64,000 bases of DNA from Chrysemys picta bellii (Eukaryota): NCBI RefSeq assembly GCF_011386835.1, contig NC_088794.1, positions 12,958,001 to 13,022,000 of the forward strand. Reading direction: 5' to 3'. Positions within the stretch are counted from its first letter, which is position 1, and each line of letters begins with the position of its first letter. Below the pieces are notes generated by a model. The model did no database searches and was not told the DNA's origin. It worked only from the letters and a program-made list of their open reading frames with translations. The translations under genes were made by a program, and so were the position numbers. Below are positions 12,201 to 26,006 of the stretch, in pieces.

Positions 12201-15200
12201 TCCAGCGTGTTTGGGTTAATTTCCTGAAATCAAGAGTTCCCAGATGCAGCAATAGAGATGGTGACATGATATTAATTAATCTGGTTCCCATTTCTTGCAC
12301 TTGCTTGTTTCTCTGCACCCTTTGAAGGAAGATCTTATGTTCCCTGGTAAATGGAAGCACAAACTACAGTCGTGGAATTATCCAGCTTGCATGGAAACAG
12401 TGGAAGAGGGGAAAATGGCCAACCAATAAACAACTTGATACAGTACCCAGGCCCAGCGAGAGCAAAGTTTTACAGGATTTATTGGCTCTGATCCCTTTTG
12501 ATTAGATTTAATTTATATTCCTTCCTTTATGCTGTTGCAAGCTGAACATTTCCATTTCTCAAGAGGACTTGAACGTGGACTACAAGGGATCAGGAGCCGA
12601 GCCGGCAGATAACTCTGACATTGAGTTGGCTCAGTTGGGGTAAATCTGGTTTTTCATTTAAAGTGTAACTTTCCTGGAAAAATACAGTAAGGGAAGAGTT
12701 GGCAATTCAGAGCAAAATGCAAGGAGTGATTACCTGCATTCACATCACTCCAGACCACAGCTGCGGGGCTGCAGGCTGCATGCAGTTTGCCTGTTATGGT
12801 GCTTTGGGTTTCAAAGCTTCAAGTGATTTTGTTTCAAGGTAAAAAAAAAAAACTAGAAAGACTGTAGGAGCCAGATAGTCATGGTCAGGAAGCCAACATT
12901 TATCAAGAAAAAGCTTCCCAGAGGGCAGAGATGTGATTTCCATTGCAAATTAGCTTATGTATTAACATTTCTCTTTCTTTGTTCTCATTTTCCTCTGGGT
13001 TTTTTTTAAATTTCAGTTTAATTTTTTAATTCTCTTGATTTCCTGCTTGGAGATTGCGCATCTCCCACACGCCGTTAACTCCTTTGTGGCAGGCAACTTA
13101 GCACTGGCTTTCCCTTAGCCCTGCTGTAACAACATACTTCATTCTGCCACATCACTTTAGGATACTTCAGGGTACAATGGGGATGGAGCAGCGTTTGGCT
13201 TGCACATTTGCTGCTCATATATCATCCCACAGTAACTCCTCTGGGCTGGGCTCCTCCACACAGTGTTGGATGGCTTTCAGCTTGGCATATCCCTGCTCCC
13301 TTGGGAAAAGAACACCTGTGCTCACACGTGCCCTTGGTCACCCCTGATCGCTACCAATCTTTATGAGCATTTCCTGGCCTGGCTAACCCCTTCCAGGAGA
13401 CAGAGTTCTGTTGAGTCTAAACAGTAGCAGGAATCTCTCTCTCTCACTTCTTGAGCTGTGATATTAATCAGGTGCCTCTTCTCCTACAGTACATATAATG
13501 ACCTGCCACTGTCCCCTCCCCCCCCCCCACAATGCACTGGGGCAGCACCACCAAGTGTTTCAAAGGGCTTCATCATATTTTCCCAGCACGCCAATCCAAG
13601 GGGTAGTCCAGCTCAGCACATGGGTTTGCTTCACATTTCTCAGCCTTGGGAACATCCAACTCTATCCACCTCTCTGGAATCCTAAAGCTCTCTATTTCTC
13701 AGGGACTTTGCTGGGTGTTTCCAAATAATCGAAATGAACAACAAAGAGGGGCAGATACAGGAGTTTCCTGTATGGGCAGTGCTAGGGCAAGACACGTGGC
13801 TTCCCCCATGTCAGACAGAGCACTCTTGAGCACCAGGCAAAGAAGATGGCTGGGTTTCTAAAGACTTGGCAGCACAGCTCCTGCTGAGTTGGTTGTTTTT
13901 GGTTTTTGTTTGTTTTTAAAGTTCTTGCTGCACGGTGAGTTTAAATGATAATCCAGTCAGGAGACAGTTCATCTTGCGGAGCAATGTCCCCGTCTCTGGT
14001 GAGCAGACAACATCTAGCAAAGAGAGACTATGCAGACTTATAGATAATAACAGTACGAGCATGATAGAAGCCAACCAGAGCCTTCCACTTTAACTACGTC
14101 AACACCTTTTTCCTCTACTGCAGTCTCCTAAATCCATCCCGATGCTGCAGCTCTTCCCAGCAGCTAGCAAGCAGAATTCCCAGACTCCCGAGTGGCATTC
14201 CCTATAAGGTGTGGGTGGTGACCCGCTGTTCCTTTCTTGCGAGTTTTGGGCACTTGCTCCCTCTGGCCTGAAGGGCTTGTTGCAGGGGATTGATGGGGCC
14301 TGAGCAGCATGCACGGAATAATGAGGAGACCTGGGCTGAAGTGTCCCCAGAGGACACAAGACCCAGAGGCACAAGTGCAATTACTCAGCAGGGGATACAG
14401 GAGCAGAAGGAGGAGATCAATCCATCTCAGGCAGTGAAGGACCCAGGGCATTTTCTCCAGGAATTTAAAAGAACGTATTTTAGTGCGATGGTGGCCATGC
14501 AAACAATCCATATTCCAGGCCTTCGGTGGCCTGTGCTGGGCATGGCAACTAACCCTCCCTTCTTCCACACAGCCCAGACTGCGCACTTGGGCCAGCCTGT
14601 CGGAGGCTGCAGAGAACATTGTGCTATCGCACAGCAGTACCGGAGAAAGTCTCTGGGATCTCGTAATTAACCATTGTCCTATTGTGCTGCCTACACACAG
14701 GAGGGCAGGGTTCACGCCGTGTGGGCGGCCTTCCTTGGACGTTCTCTGCCTCCCAAGTGCTTGACTGTCTCTCTGAATAGCAGTGTGATGGAATGAAGTA
14801 ATAACTAGGGCTTGCAAACACACCGGTTTGGGAGAAACTCAGCAGACGTTCTGCCTTTGGCAGTAACCCAGCCCGGGACCTCTGTGCCCGTGACACTGCG
14901 AGAAGGAGCCAGATCCAAAGCAACAGCATGATTCTCTGCTGGGCAGTCGCCAGCGAGGGCCAAAGGAGCCTCCACCGACCATCTCCTTGGAGGGACGGCA
15001 TGGCTGAGAGCAGCCCTGCAGTGGGCCAAGGACCCCCCAGAAGGGCCCAGCTGGCTGTCCAGCACACACATCCCAATCCTGCCTAGCATGGCTCAGAGAT
15101 GCTCTCTGTCCCACGGATGAGGCACCCAGGACCCGATTCTCAACTGCACAACAGCCCTGTGACGCCGCCCTGACAGTGGGTGTAAATGTCATTGGAGCCA

Positions 15201-16905
15201 GGGTGGTGTAGAGGGGCCATGCTGTAGCCCTGGTACTGTGGTGTCACCATGGGGCTAAAGAATATGGCTGACCCTGGCTCCCTGGGAGCTGGCAGAACTC
15301 TCTAGGTAGCCAGAGCAGCGAAGTCCCTGCATCATCCCTTGCTGATCCTCCCCAGTGGGATTCCCGCGGGAGAACAGGTCAGCGGGTGACAGAGGCTTCT
15401 CGGCAATGGGGTTAATGGCCAAGCTGGCTTTGGTTTTAATGCACATGTCATTTTGGTGCAAAAAGAATAGGTGGTGTTCAGGTCAGTCAGATTTCCTCCC
15501 TCATGGGCAGCACTCACCTCTCTGCATATTCCCAGCCCTCAGTCTTCACACGTGGCTTTGGAGCTGGGTAATTGAAGTCTTGTTAGTCTAAATTAACCCT
15601 AACACATCTCCTCATCCACTGGCAGTTATAGCTCCGCTTACAAATGGCTTTGGTCTCAGCTTTTGATAGCTGGGTCTTTGCAGGGTATTAAGAGAGGAAT
15701 TGCCAAAGAAATGGCTTCAGTTAAGAGAAGAGAAGAGACTGGAAAGAACAAAGTCCTTGTGCAGCTCCATGCTCACACAGCCAAGCTGAGAAGAGAAGGG
15801 GCTGCGTGTGAGACACATACACACAGCCTGGAACAGGCCCAGTGCCACTCTGCTAGTGAACCAGTGCTCCGCCGACAGCTTAGGCATGGCCACTGGGCAA
15901 GGCGAGCCCCACTGCATGAGGGCAACTCCAGCTCTCAGATGCTCCACCACCTTCCTCAGGTGGGGGCATTGGGTTAAACCCACGGTCCTGGCTTCATTTG
16001 GGGCCTGATTTCCAAAGGTGCTGAGCATGCTGGGACCAGGTAATGGTGTTCCACAAGCCCCAGTGCACAAGGGGTTAACCCAGGCCCCTTCCTCTCACCT
16101 GGGTAACTGGTGGGGGCATAGAGGGGAGGTGTGGGTTCTCAGCACTGCTGCAAACCAGGCCTGGGAAAAGACAAACACCCGGGGTAATTGTTGAGCATTT
16201 AAAGCCACTATATTGCAGCCCCTAGGGTGTGTAATGGTCTTTTCTGGAAAGTACGTTGCTCCAGTGTAGGAAATGCAAAGTCCTGCATATTGCAATGTGA
16301 CTCAGCCCCAGCCTGTGTAAGGAAAGAGACCCCCGCTTAGCCATTGTGCAGCACAGCAGCGTTAGTATGAATTGCTGACAGCCTGCGTGGTGCTGGACAG
16401 ACACATGGGCCCTGCCCAGTGACTTTACAGTCTTAGTCAGACACTGGTGTGAAGACACACCCCACTGCGTGGTCATTATCATGGGAGGAAATTCTCTCCA
16501 GTGGCCGTGCTGATGTGGTGAGTGCAGAGAGACCCGGGGCTGGGCACTTGCGACCAGGAACTTGTTTTATGAAACACACAGCTCAGAAAAAGGCTGGCTG
16601 GGGAAAGAGATACATTTTGCCTGCTGGCAAAGACATGGTGAGTCTCACAATCAGTCAGGGCTGCTCTGGTCTCTAGCCTAGGAGAGAGCAAGGAAGCCAA
16701 GTGTGGACGCAGGGGAGAGACCCCTCGATTTCATGTCCTGAGGGAGGGCTGGGTAACAGGCTTCTTGCTGCTGGAGTCACTCCTCATCCCAGGGGGGTGC
16801 AATTACCAGATCTGCCTACACCCAGAGAGAGAGCAATTATTGTGGGAACATTTCTCTCTGTCTGCCCCTCCCTGCCAACTCCAGGGCTTGCTCTGGGTAC
16901 TCTGA

Positions 16906-17166
16906 GGGTATGTCTACACTGAAATTGGACACCTGGGGCGGGGCTGTGCCAGCTCACTCAGGCTCAAGGGGCTATTTCATTGCAGTGTATACTTCTGCCC
17001 TTGGGCTGGAGCCTGGCTGTAGGACCCTGTGAGGTGCGAGGGTCCCACAGCTCCGACCGCAGCCCCAGCCAGGAAGTTAACACTGCAATGAAATAGGCCT
17101 GCACCATGAGCCAAGTCAGGTGGCATGGGCCACCCGCAGGGGTCTAATTACAGTGTAGACTTACCC
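16906..17166. mobile_element. PIF/Harbinger-type MITE
   Basis: TIRs gggtatgtctacactg / cagtgtagacttaccc; TSD degraded. Confidence 0.75.
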
Positions 17167-17999
17167 TTGCAGTCTTCTGTAACTAGGGGCATTTTCTCTA
17201 ATGCCCTTGTTTGGCTTTGCACCTAGATGTAGCTTTTATAAACTTCTAAAATGCTATACATCCCCCAGCAAACTGGGCTTCCAGTTAAGGCACAGAATTA
17301 CGCTGGATGGAGTTACAGTATGGACACAGAGAACCAGACACATTTTCCTATATGGGCCATACCATATATCACTGAAACCATTTCCACTAAATACACTGAG
17401 TGCCTCTCTTTGATGGACTTGCTGTATTTAGGACACGTTTCTTTCCACCACACACAGGGGAGTCTCTTCTGTAACATACTCTAAGATGTATCTTGAGTTA
17501 AAATTAGCCCCTGTAGTATTATGCACTGCATCATGTTTGCGTGCCGTTTCCCCCTTGCTGTCCTCAGCACATTTCAGAGGGAATCTTAAGGGTTTTGCAA
17601 TCCACTCCTTTTCACTTAGCATTAAGTCTATATTTGCACCTTCTGCACTTCCTGACTGAATAATAGGAACCAGCCCTCACCATTATGCTAAGCACCACTG
17701 ACTCCTGTGCCGCTGAGAGACTCCCTTGCCTAAGGAATTGCGAAAGTACACAGCACAACAAGAAGATAAGTTCATGCTCTGGGTTGTGGAGTAAGCAGTA
17801 AGTGATGATTTTGTTGCTGTTGTGTTGAAGAAGCAGATTGATGGCAGCGGTGGCCATGCCCTATCACCCTAGAAAGCTCACAAGTAATGCAAGAGAATTA
17901 GTAGAATCTCATATTAGCACTCAGCTCACTGGCCTAACGCAACATGGGTCACACCTGAGCGCTGGGGACTGAGTCCATTGTGGGAGCCACTGGACTATG

Positions 18000-18150
18000 T
18001 TCAAGGGGCTGGACTCAGGACTGTGCTGTCAGTTCCCAGCTCTGCTGGGGACGCCTCATGTGACCTCAGGCAAGTCGCTTACCCTGCCTGGGACCACAGT
18101 CCCGCTCTGTCTGATGGGGAAGATGCTCCTAGCCCCCAAGTTGTGCGCAT
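18000..18150 (+). repeat. Ancient MIR/CORE-SINE-like remnant
   Basis: tgtgacctcaggcaagtcgcttaccc resembles the CORE motif tgtgaccttgggcaagtcactta. Confidence 0.5.
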
Positions 18151-19919
18151 ACATTCTTCATTCATTAATGGTGCTGCAAGGCTGCTGACTAGCCCTTGAA
18201 AGCACCGAGGCAGAACAAAGGAGCTGCTCTTGAATTCTCTTGGAAGGAAATCCTGAGACAACGAGACCTGACGAGAGTGACCATTGGTTCTACGGGAGTC
18301 CAGATAATCTCCCTGCCCTGACCCAGCTTCACCGTCGTGTATGCTAGGGGGCTTCCCAAATGTCCACATGGCATTGGGGTTTGCCTGCGTGTTCTATGTG
18401 TGATCTTCCAGTCACCCTGCAGGAGGGGCTGCTTCTCCCGCTGCCAAACTGAGCAGTACGACTCTGGACACTCAGGCAGGCGGCAGAAGGGTTTGGATGA
18501 GAGCAGTCTTGAAGTGTGAGCCAGCAGGCCCAGGCAGGGGAGGAGTTTGCACATTACGATGCTTCAGTAGAAGAGAGGAAGTTGAGCACCTGTCCTCGGG
18601 TATCCTCCTGCCCCTCTGACCTACTGGGTGGCTGCTCTGCCATGCTAATGCCAGAGAGAGCAACACAGCGAGCCCTTGTGGCTGGGGATTGGAGAGATGC
18701 ACACACACTGCCTCTCACAACTGACACAGCACCCTCAGCCCCTGCTGCCCGGAGCTAGAAGCAGACACAATAATCCGTTCCCAGGAGGAGTCCATGAGAA
18801 GAGGGGCTGGGGTGGAGAGGTCTGAGCTCAGTGCCACAGCCTGCTGCATTTGGAGAAAGGCTGCCTGGAGAACGCAGTGTGAAAGGCAGTGGGGAAGCAG
18901 GTCCCAAGCACCCTCCTCTCAGTCCTTCTCCCCAGCGTCTATGCTCTTCTGATACCCCTCTCAAAGCCGCAGCCTTCAGCATTGCCAGACCAAGGCAGCT
19001 GTGCTCTGTGCATTTCATCAGACCTTCCTTCCTCAGCACCGGGCAAGTTTGCATTGTCCAGAGTTAACTGGCAATTTGTGGAGTAATCCTTTTAATTGCT
19101 CCGTTAGTGAGTCAATTGTGTGCTTCTCTGTTTCATCAGAAACACACTAATTGGTCATTTCTGTTTATTTTGACCTTGTCTCTCTGACAATAGCAGCAGT
19201 TCTCCATAATCACTGGTTTGTGACATGGTGCTAGCGAGCTCCAGGACCCCCAGGCTCACAAGGGAGGGTAGTGTTATCCACTGGTGGCTGGCTGGCCTCT
19301 TCCTCATCCCCCAGGTTAGCCCCTTAAAAGCATAATAAATTTATGTTTTACTTCTTCGCCTGTGATCTCCCAAATGCTCCAAGAGGCAGGCCTGGAATCT
19401 CTTCTGCTGCCTTCCCACGCGCTGGTCTCATCCTAGCCAGGGCCTGGTGAAGGGAGCTCAACGGAAACTGCCTGTTGCCAACTGCAAGGCAAAGCATATG
19501 TCTTTCGCCATGTGGCCAGTCTACAGCTGCTGCGGTAGTGATTCTGGATCGTTCTGCTGTCTCATTTGTTGACTAGGAAAGGAGCCTCCTCCTGAGGAGG
19601 ACTGAATCTTTCCCTGAAATGGAAGCTGGACTGGCTGCACCAGGAGGGGCGCCCTGTGCTGACTTGCTGGTCTCAGGGCTCTGAAGCGCCCGTTCGGGCT
19701 GGGTTTCTAGCTCTTGCTAGAGAGAGAAAGTGGCAGTTTTGTTAGTACTGTTTAACACCGTGAGTTGTGGGTGTCCTTCACAGAGAACAGGCACATCCAA
19801 AGAATCTTGGTATCTTAGGACCTCCACAGTCTTGAAAGGGTTAACAGTGAACCCTGTGTGGTATTATTGACTATCCCTGCTTTGCAGACAGAGACACTTA
19901 GATGCAGTGATGTGACTTT

Positions 19920-21081
19920 GTGGATGACACTAAGCTGGGGGGACTGGTAGATACGCTGGAGGGTAGGGATAGGATACAGAGGGACCTAGACAAACTAGAA
20001 GATTGGGCCAAAAGAAACCTGATGAGGTTCAACAAGGACAAGTGCAGAGTCCTGCACTTAGGACGGAAGAACCCCATGCACTGCTACAGGCTGGGGACTG
20101 ATTGGCTACGCAGCAGTTCTGCAGAAAAGGACCTAGGGGTTACAATGGACGAGAAGCTGGATATGAGTCGACGGTGTGCTCTTGTTGCCAAGAAGGCTAA
20201 CGGCATTTTGGGCTGTATAAATAGCCTGGCCAGCAGATCAAGGGATGTGATCATTCCCCTCTATTCGGCATTGGTGAGGCCTCATCTGGAGTACTGTGTC
20301 CAGTTTTAGTCCAAACTACAAGAAGGATGTGGAAAAATTGGAAAGAGTCCAGCGGAGGGCAACAAAAATGATTAGGGGACTGGAGCACATGACTTATGAG
20401 GAGAGGTTGAGGGCAGGGCCGGTGCTTCCACTAGGCGACCCTAGGCAGTCGCCTAGGGCGGCAGGATTTGGGGGGCGGCATTTTGCCGTCCTCGGCGGAA
20501 ATTCAGCGGCGGGGGGTCCTTCCGCTCCAGGTCTTTGGCAGAAATTCAGCGGCGGGTCCTTCACTTGCTCCGGGACCTGCGGCCAAAGTCCCCGAAGACG
20601 TGGAGCGGAAGGACCCCCGCAGCTGAATGCTCAGAGGAGGAGCGCTGCTGCCTAGGGCGGCAAAAACCCTGGCACCGCTCCTGGCTGAGGGAACTGCGAT
20701 TATTTAGTCTGCAGAAGAGAAGAATGAGGGGGGATTTGATAGCTGCTTTCAATTACCTGAAAGGGGGGTTCCAAAGAGGATGGAGCTTGGCTGTTCTCAG
20801 TGGTGGCAGAAGACAGAACAAGAAGCAACCGTCTCAAGTTGCAGTGAAGGAGGTTTAGGTTGTATATTAGGAAAAACTATTTCACTAGGAGGGTGGTGAA
20901 GCACTGGAATGGGTTACCTAGGGAGGTGGTGGAATCTCCTTCCTTAGAGGTTTTGAAAGTCAGTCTTGACAAAGCCCTGGCTGGGATGATTTAGTTGGGG
21001 ATTGGTCCTGCTCTGAGCAGGGGGTTGGACTAGATGACCACCTGAGGTCCCTTCCAACCCTGATATTCTGCGATTCTATGA
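19920..21081 (+). mobile_element. 5'-truncated CR1 LINE (RT C-terminus and 3' UTR), interrupted by a MITE
   Basis: DDTKLGG...[10 protein letters not shown]...LERVQRRATKMIRGLE motifs; ends attctgcgattctatga; possible short TSD tgactt. Confidence 0.93.
20414..20683. mobile_element. hAT-type MITE inserted in CR1
   Basis: TIRs cagggccgg / ccgctcctg; TSD gttgaggg / gctgaggg duplicates the CR1 ERLRE codons. Confidence 0.88.
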
Positions 21082-24000
21082 CTTACCTAGGGTAGCTCAG
21101 TGGGTCTGTGGCAGGCAGGGCTGCAAAGAGACTTGGGGGTTCCAGATCCTGGTTCTGGCTGCTATTGGTCTGAGAACAGAGAAAGAGACAGCGACACACT
21201 TTGCAATTGATGGGTTTGCGAGTTGAGAGACAGTCTCTCCCCCTGGGAATGTCAGCATTTGCTTTGGGTTTGGTTTTATAATGGAACTCGTGGTTTCAAG
21301 AAACACTTGAAAACATGCCCAGTGCAACTGAAAGGGTCAAAAAGCAGAAAGCAAATAAATGAACTGAAGATTTATAATGTTTTTAAATCTCACGATTTTA
21401 AAGCCAGTCAGATGATCTCTGAATACTTGGGGTTGGCAGTGCTGGCTCCAGAGCTGTCCTTCCCCTGCCGGAAAGGTCAGTCCAGGGCTAGGACTAGGGG
21501 ACTAAAGGGAATGAGGATTCCAGGCAGCAAAGGAAGGGTTTGTTGCTAGAAAGGATGGACTTAAAGGAGGACTAGGAGCTGACAACAGGGACAGAAAGCC
21601 CAGGATTTACTCTCAACCCTCCCGTCAGCAGGGAGAATCGTGATTCTTCTGGAACTTTTAGCTCATGAGAAATTGAGCTGTAGAAAGTTTGTACCAATTC
21701 CAGATGGACTCTGGGCTAGAGGCTCCATAACAATAATGAAGAACTGAGCTATTGGGAGGGGAGGGACATTTTAAACAATTGTGCAGCAGGAACTGCTCAA
21801 CTTCATATTTGCATGTCTTCTGAAAGCCTCGGTTTAAAAAAATTGCACTAAAAAAACAAAAACAAAAAACAGTCAAATTCTTCAGTTTGCAGTTGCAATA
21901 AACCGTGCTCCAGGATGAAATGTAAGCGGCATGGCAAGGATTGTCTCATTGTGGGTGACAGTCTTACTCAATAGAGATGCAATTATGTTATTGCAAATTG
22001 GAAACAGTTTATGCAACATAATCCATTGTGATCAAAGCATGGAAATAATTACAAATTTTCAGGCAAGTAATTGAAACTGTCCAAAAAATAATGAAAGATT
22101 GTTTCCTTCTGCACACTGCAATGATTCTTTGACAGGGTCACAAGCTCTGGCTGCGAATGTTTTGACTTTAAAACTTTATTTCGAAAGTGAGATTAAAAAA
22201 GCCATTCTGAAGAGTAGAAAGATGCCAGAAGGCAAGTCAAAGCCCTGCCATATGCAGCCGTGGGACGGAGCTGGACTATGTTGCTACTGGCCCTGCAGCT
22301 TTCCGGAGACCCCATCCGTTTCTGCAGGATATAAACTTCCATGTCTTCAGAAACAAAAGCTTGTAAGTCTTCTAGCTGCTCAGCTCTTGTTCTTGATGCA
22401 GGCCTGAGTCTGCAGACAGCCTGAAGCCATAGGCCGTGGGCTCAGAAGCTGCTGGCTGCAGAGGGAACACCGGCGGTTGTGCACAGAGGGCAGGGTGTAT
22501 AATACGCTGTGGAGAGGACGTGCAGGGGCTCAGATGTCTCTCCACCCATGGATGATGCTCCACAGGGGGGTTCCTTTCCCCAAAGCCCCCTTAGAAAATC
22601 CCATTTGTTCACACTGCAAGGGGGGAGCCCACATCCGCTCCTAACATAGGTATGCGCTGAGATAGCGGGCTGTTAACTCTTTCGGCTAACACCAGCAACT
22701 CCTGGTACCGTTAAGCATTTCATGGATGACCAGTCTAGCAGTAACAACTAGCTGCTCAGAGGTTGTGTATGGAGCCTGGGTAAAGTCCCACTTCCCTTCT
22801 TTTCAATCCAATGACAGTCGACATCAGGATACAGAACTGAAGCTGGATAGGGGTCAGCAGGGCTGTAATATATAGGGGCTGGGCCTGGCCACTGGAGGCA
22901 GAGGGCTCACAGATTTGTCTGTGGGGTCGTTAGATGGAGGAAGGCACACAGAGTCTGGAATAATCCTTGTTTCTGTGATGCTGCTAAACAGAGGGGAAGG
23001 GAAGGGAGATGCCCTGGTTATGCTGGATGCTAAGGGTGATGCAATCTTGGGAGATGGCTGGAGGACGGGTGGGTAGGGTAGCTCAGGGCAGAGGAGCTAA
23101 TGGAAGGCTGATGAGGATCCATCAGAAGCAGATCAAGGAAGCAAATACCAAGCTTCACCCATGTAAGGATATTCTGCCCCCAGCCCCCTCTCCAAGCTAT
23201 TTGGTGACTGTTCTCGTTAGAGCTAAACGGCTCTTTTACGTCTCCGCAAAGCGTTTCTACCACTCATTTTGCCAGGTGTTTCCTCTGGCTCAGAATCAGC
23301 ACTTGGGAATTCCAGCTGCATCGGGGGGAGTCCGTTAAGCAGCTGTAGCATGTTCAGTTCAGTCTTGAATTTCTCATTGGTGAAGACTTCAAACCAGAGC
23401 TCAGACTACTCCCAGGAGAGGTGAACTGGCAGCAGGCAGTTGGACAAGGCACAGTTGTTAAGGTCTCCTGCCTTCTTAGGGGGTATAAATCAAAGTGCAA
23501 TTGCAGACAGGAAAGTGACTATTTTAAACAGCTTCTTTGCACTCTACACGTCTGCTTCCTGTGTGTCCTTTGGGTCCCTCTGCTCCAGCATCTCTTCCTG
23601 TTAGCCATGCAGAGCGGGTACTGCCAGAGGCAAGTGAGCGAGGCTCTGACTGCAGAGGATCAAAGGACCCTGCTTACTTCTGTACAGGGGGAGTTGGACC
23701 CTAGAACAACTTGGGCCCATCGATCATTTGTTCTGGACTCACATTGCCACAGATGCTAAAACACTCTATGGGACATCTTGGAGGCTGGGTCACCAAGTCT
23801 TTGTTCTCCTGTAATGTCATCACGTGGCTGTGACAGAGGACAGTTCCTTTAAAATGAGAAAGGATGAGGTGCTGGGGTCTGTCCTTAAAACCAAAGGGCC
23901 TGGCCACTGCTCAGAGACTGAGAGCCCAAGCTGCTGCCACAGTGTTGCTCACTCCCCGGTACTCTCCCTGGGAGATGGGTTCTTCTGCCTAGCTGGGCGA

Positions 24001-24246
24001 GATCCTGGGCTGCATGGAGGGAGAGGGGCATCTGCAGTGAGCTGCGGAGATGATCTCGGAGCATGTTGGAGGCCGTACTTATATGTCAGATATCAGCTCT
24101 TGCAGGCCTGTGCCAGCACGGCTGGGCTGAGACTGGCTTTCCTTGCAGAAGGCAGAACATCCTGGGAAAACAGCCCACGGCAGGGCTGGTCCCCTGGCAG
24201 CCCCTGAGAACTATTGCTGAAAGGGGTCACTCCTCCCTGGCTTCTC

Positions 24247-24374
24247 TAGTGGTTCTCAACCTGTGGCCCGCAGTCCCCTGGGGGGTCACAGACTGTGTAA
24301 GATTTCCAAAGGGGGCCACACCACCATTTGACATTTTTAGGGGTCTGCAAATGCATTGAGGTTGAGAACCACTG
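24247..24374. mobile_element. Old hAT-Charlie/MER5-like MITE
   Basis: TIRs tagtggttctcaacct / aggttgagaaccactg; no TSD recovered. Confidence 0.7.
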
Positions 24375-25101
24375 TGCCAGGGTGTTGCTAGAGGAGGCTG
24401 CAGCTAGAGAGCAGACAAGAGGGCAGCTGCCCAGCACCGGGTGGGTTCAGCGAACCCATAGAAGGCAGTTGCTAACTGCTGCTCAGACATTATTTCATAT
24501 TCAAAGGCCTGTTTGAACCCCCTTCCCCGAAGGTTCTCTGGGTGGAGGACCCCTCGGGGCCAGGGAGGTTTCCCTGTGAGATGTTCCCTTTGCCACACGC
24601 TCAGCTTGGGGCTCTGCAAGCCCAGACTTTCTGGCAGGACTCGAAATGGGGGAGGGAGGAGGGTGCGAGTGGCCCTGGATCCCTGTCTGAATGCATCTGG
24701 CAGCCCAACACTGGTATTTTTACAGTAACAAGCCCTGGGTCACGTCGGATGGAGGAGAATGTGGCTCTGAGAGGAGAAACCTGATAATCTATGGCAAGAG
24801 GCCAGGTCCCTGGTACACACTCTCAGTTTACCCTGGTAAAATGACTTCTGGCAGGAGAGCTGGGGAATGGAGGTTAGATAAATGGCCATAGAGGCCTCTT
24901 CTGTGGTAGCTAGGGCATTGTGGGATCCTCCCTGAAGCGTGTGTTTGCTTTCTGTCCACATGAGCAGTAACACAACTGAAGCTGACTGAACTCAGGCTCA
25001 AAGATTAACCCATGAGCAGTCCAGGCTAACAAAAATGATTCCTAGCATGGTCCTCATAGCAGTGAGGGCTTAGACACAGAGTGTGTTAGTTGTGCTAGGG
25101 G

Positions 25102-25877
25102 TAGGGTTAACATATTTTGAGTGTCCAAAAAGAGGACACTCCACAGGGCCCCAGCCCTGCCCCCCGCCCCGCCCATGCCCCTGCCCCAACTCCACCCCTT
25201 CCCCAAAGTCCCCGCCCCAACTCCGCCCCCTCCCCTGCTTCCCGCGAACATTTGATTCGCAGGAAGCCTGAAGCAGGCAGCAGGTGAGCTGGGGGGGGGT
25301 GGAGGAGGCGCGGCCCAGTCTGCCCCCCCCCCCCCAACCGAGACGCTCCCTCCGGCGGCCGGCCCCGGCCCCAGCCCCAGCCCGGCTCGGCTTGGGCCCT
25401 GGGGTGCCGGCCCCGGGCCAGCCCCCGGCCGAGCACCGCCGGCCCCCAGCCTGGCCCTGCCCCGGCCCCCAGCCCAGCACTGCCAGGCCCCAGCCCCCGG
25501 CCCCGCACCTCCGGCTCAGCCCTCGGCCCCGCACTGCCGGCCCTGCACCGCCGAGCCCAGCCCAGCACTGCCGGCCCCGCACCACCGGGCCCGGCCCGGC
25601 CCCGCACCCCCGGGCCCCGGGCCAACCCCCGGCTGAGCACCCCCGGCCCAGCACTGCCGGCCCCGCACTGCCAGGCCCGGCCTCACACCCCCAGGCCCCG
25701 GGCCAGCCCCCAGCCGAGCACCCCCGGCCCAGCACCGCCGGCCCCAGCCCGGCCCCTGGCCCAGCACCTCCCTATTTTCCCGGACATGTTCGGCTTTTTG
25801 GGATTTCCCCCCGGACGGGGATTTGAGGCCCAAAAAGCTGGACATGTCCGGGAAAATCCGGATGTATGGTAACCCTA
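25102..25877. mobile_element. hAT-type MITE with GC-rich tandem interior
   Basis: TIRs tagggttaacata / tatggtaacccta; perfect 8-bp TSD gctagggg (25094-25101, 25878-25885). Confidence 0.9.
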
Positions 25878-25886
25878 GCTAGGGGG

Positions 25887-26006
25887 TCAAGTATCAGAGG
25901 GGTAGCCGTGTTAGTCTGAATCTGTAATACGCAACAGAGGGTCCTGTGGCACCTTTGAGACTAACAGAAGTTAGTCTCAAAGGTGCCACAGGACCCTCTG
26001 TTGCAT
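25887..26006. mobile_element. Short PLE fold-back insertion
   Basis: Perfect 35-bp hairpin (25931-25965 / 25970-26004, loop agaa); 12-bp TSD ctagctaggggg (25875-25886, 26007-26018). Confidence 0.85.

Noticed and set aside
14099-15192. ORF cluster (up to 219 aa) as a possible gene or pseudogene
   Set aside because: No recognisable homology or coherent exon structure; a BLASTX would settle it
21860-22100. AT-rich, repeat-free islands (also ~26900-27520) as conserved enhancers
   Set aside because: Cannot be supported without cross-species alignment
25054-25845. Overlapping Pro/Gly/Ala-rich ORFs up to 221 aa
   Set aside because: Low-complexity GC interior of a TSD-bounded MITE
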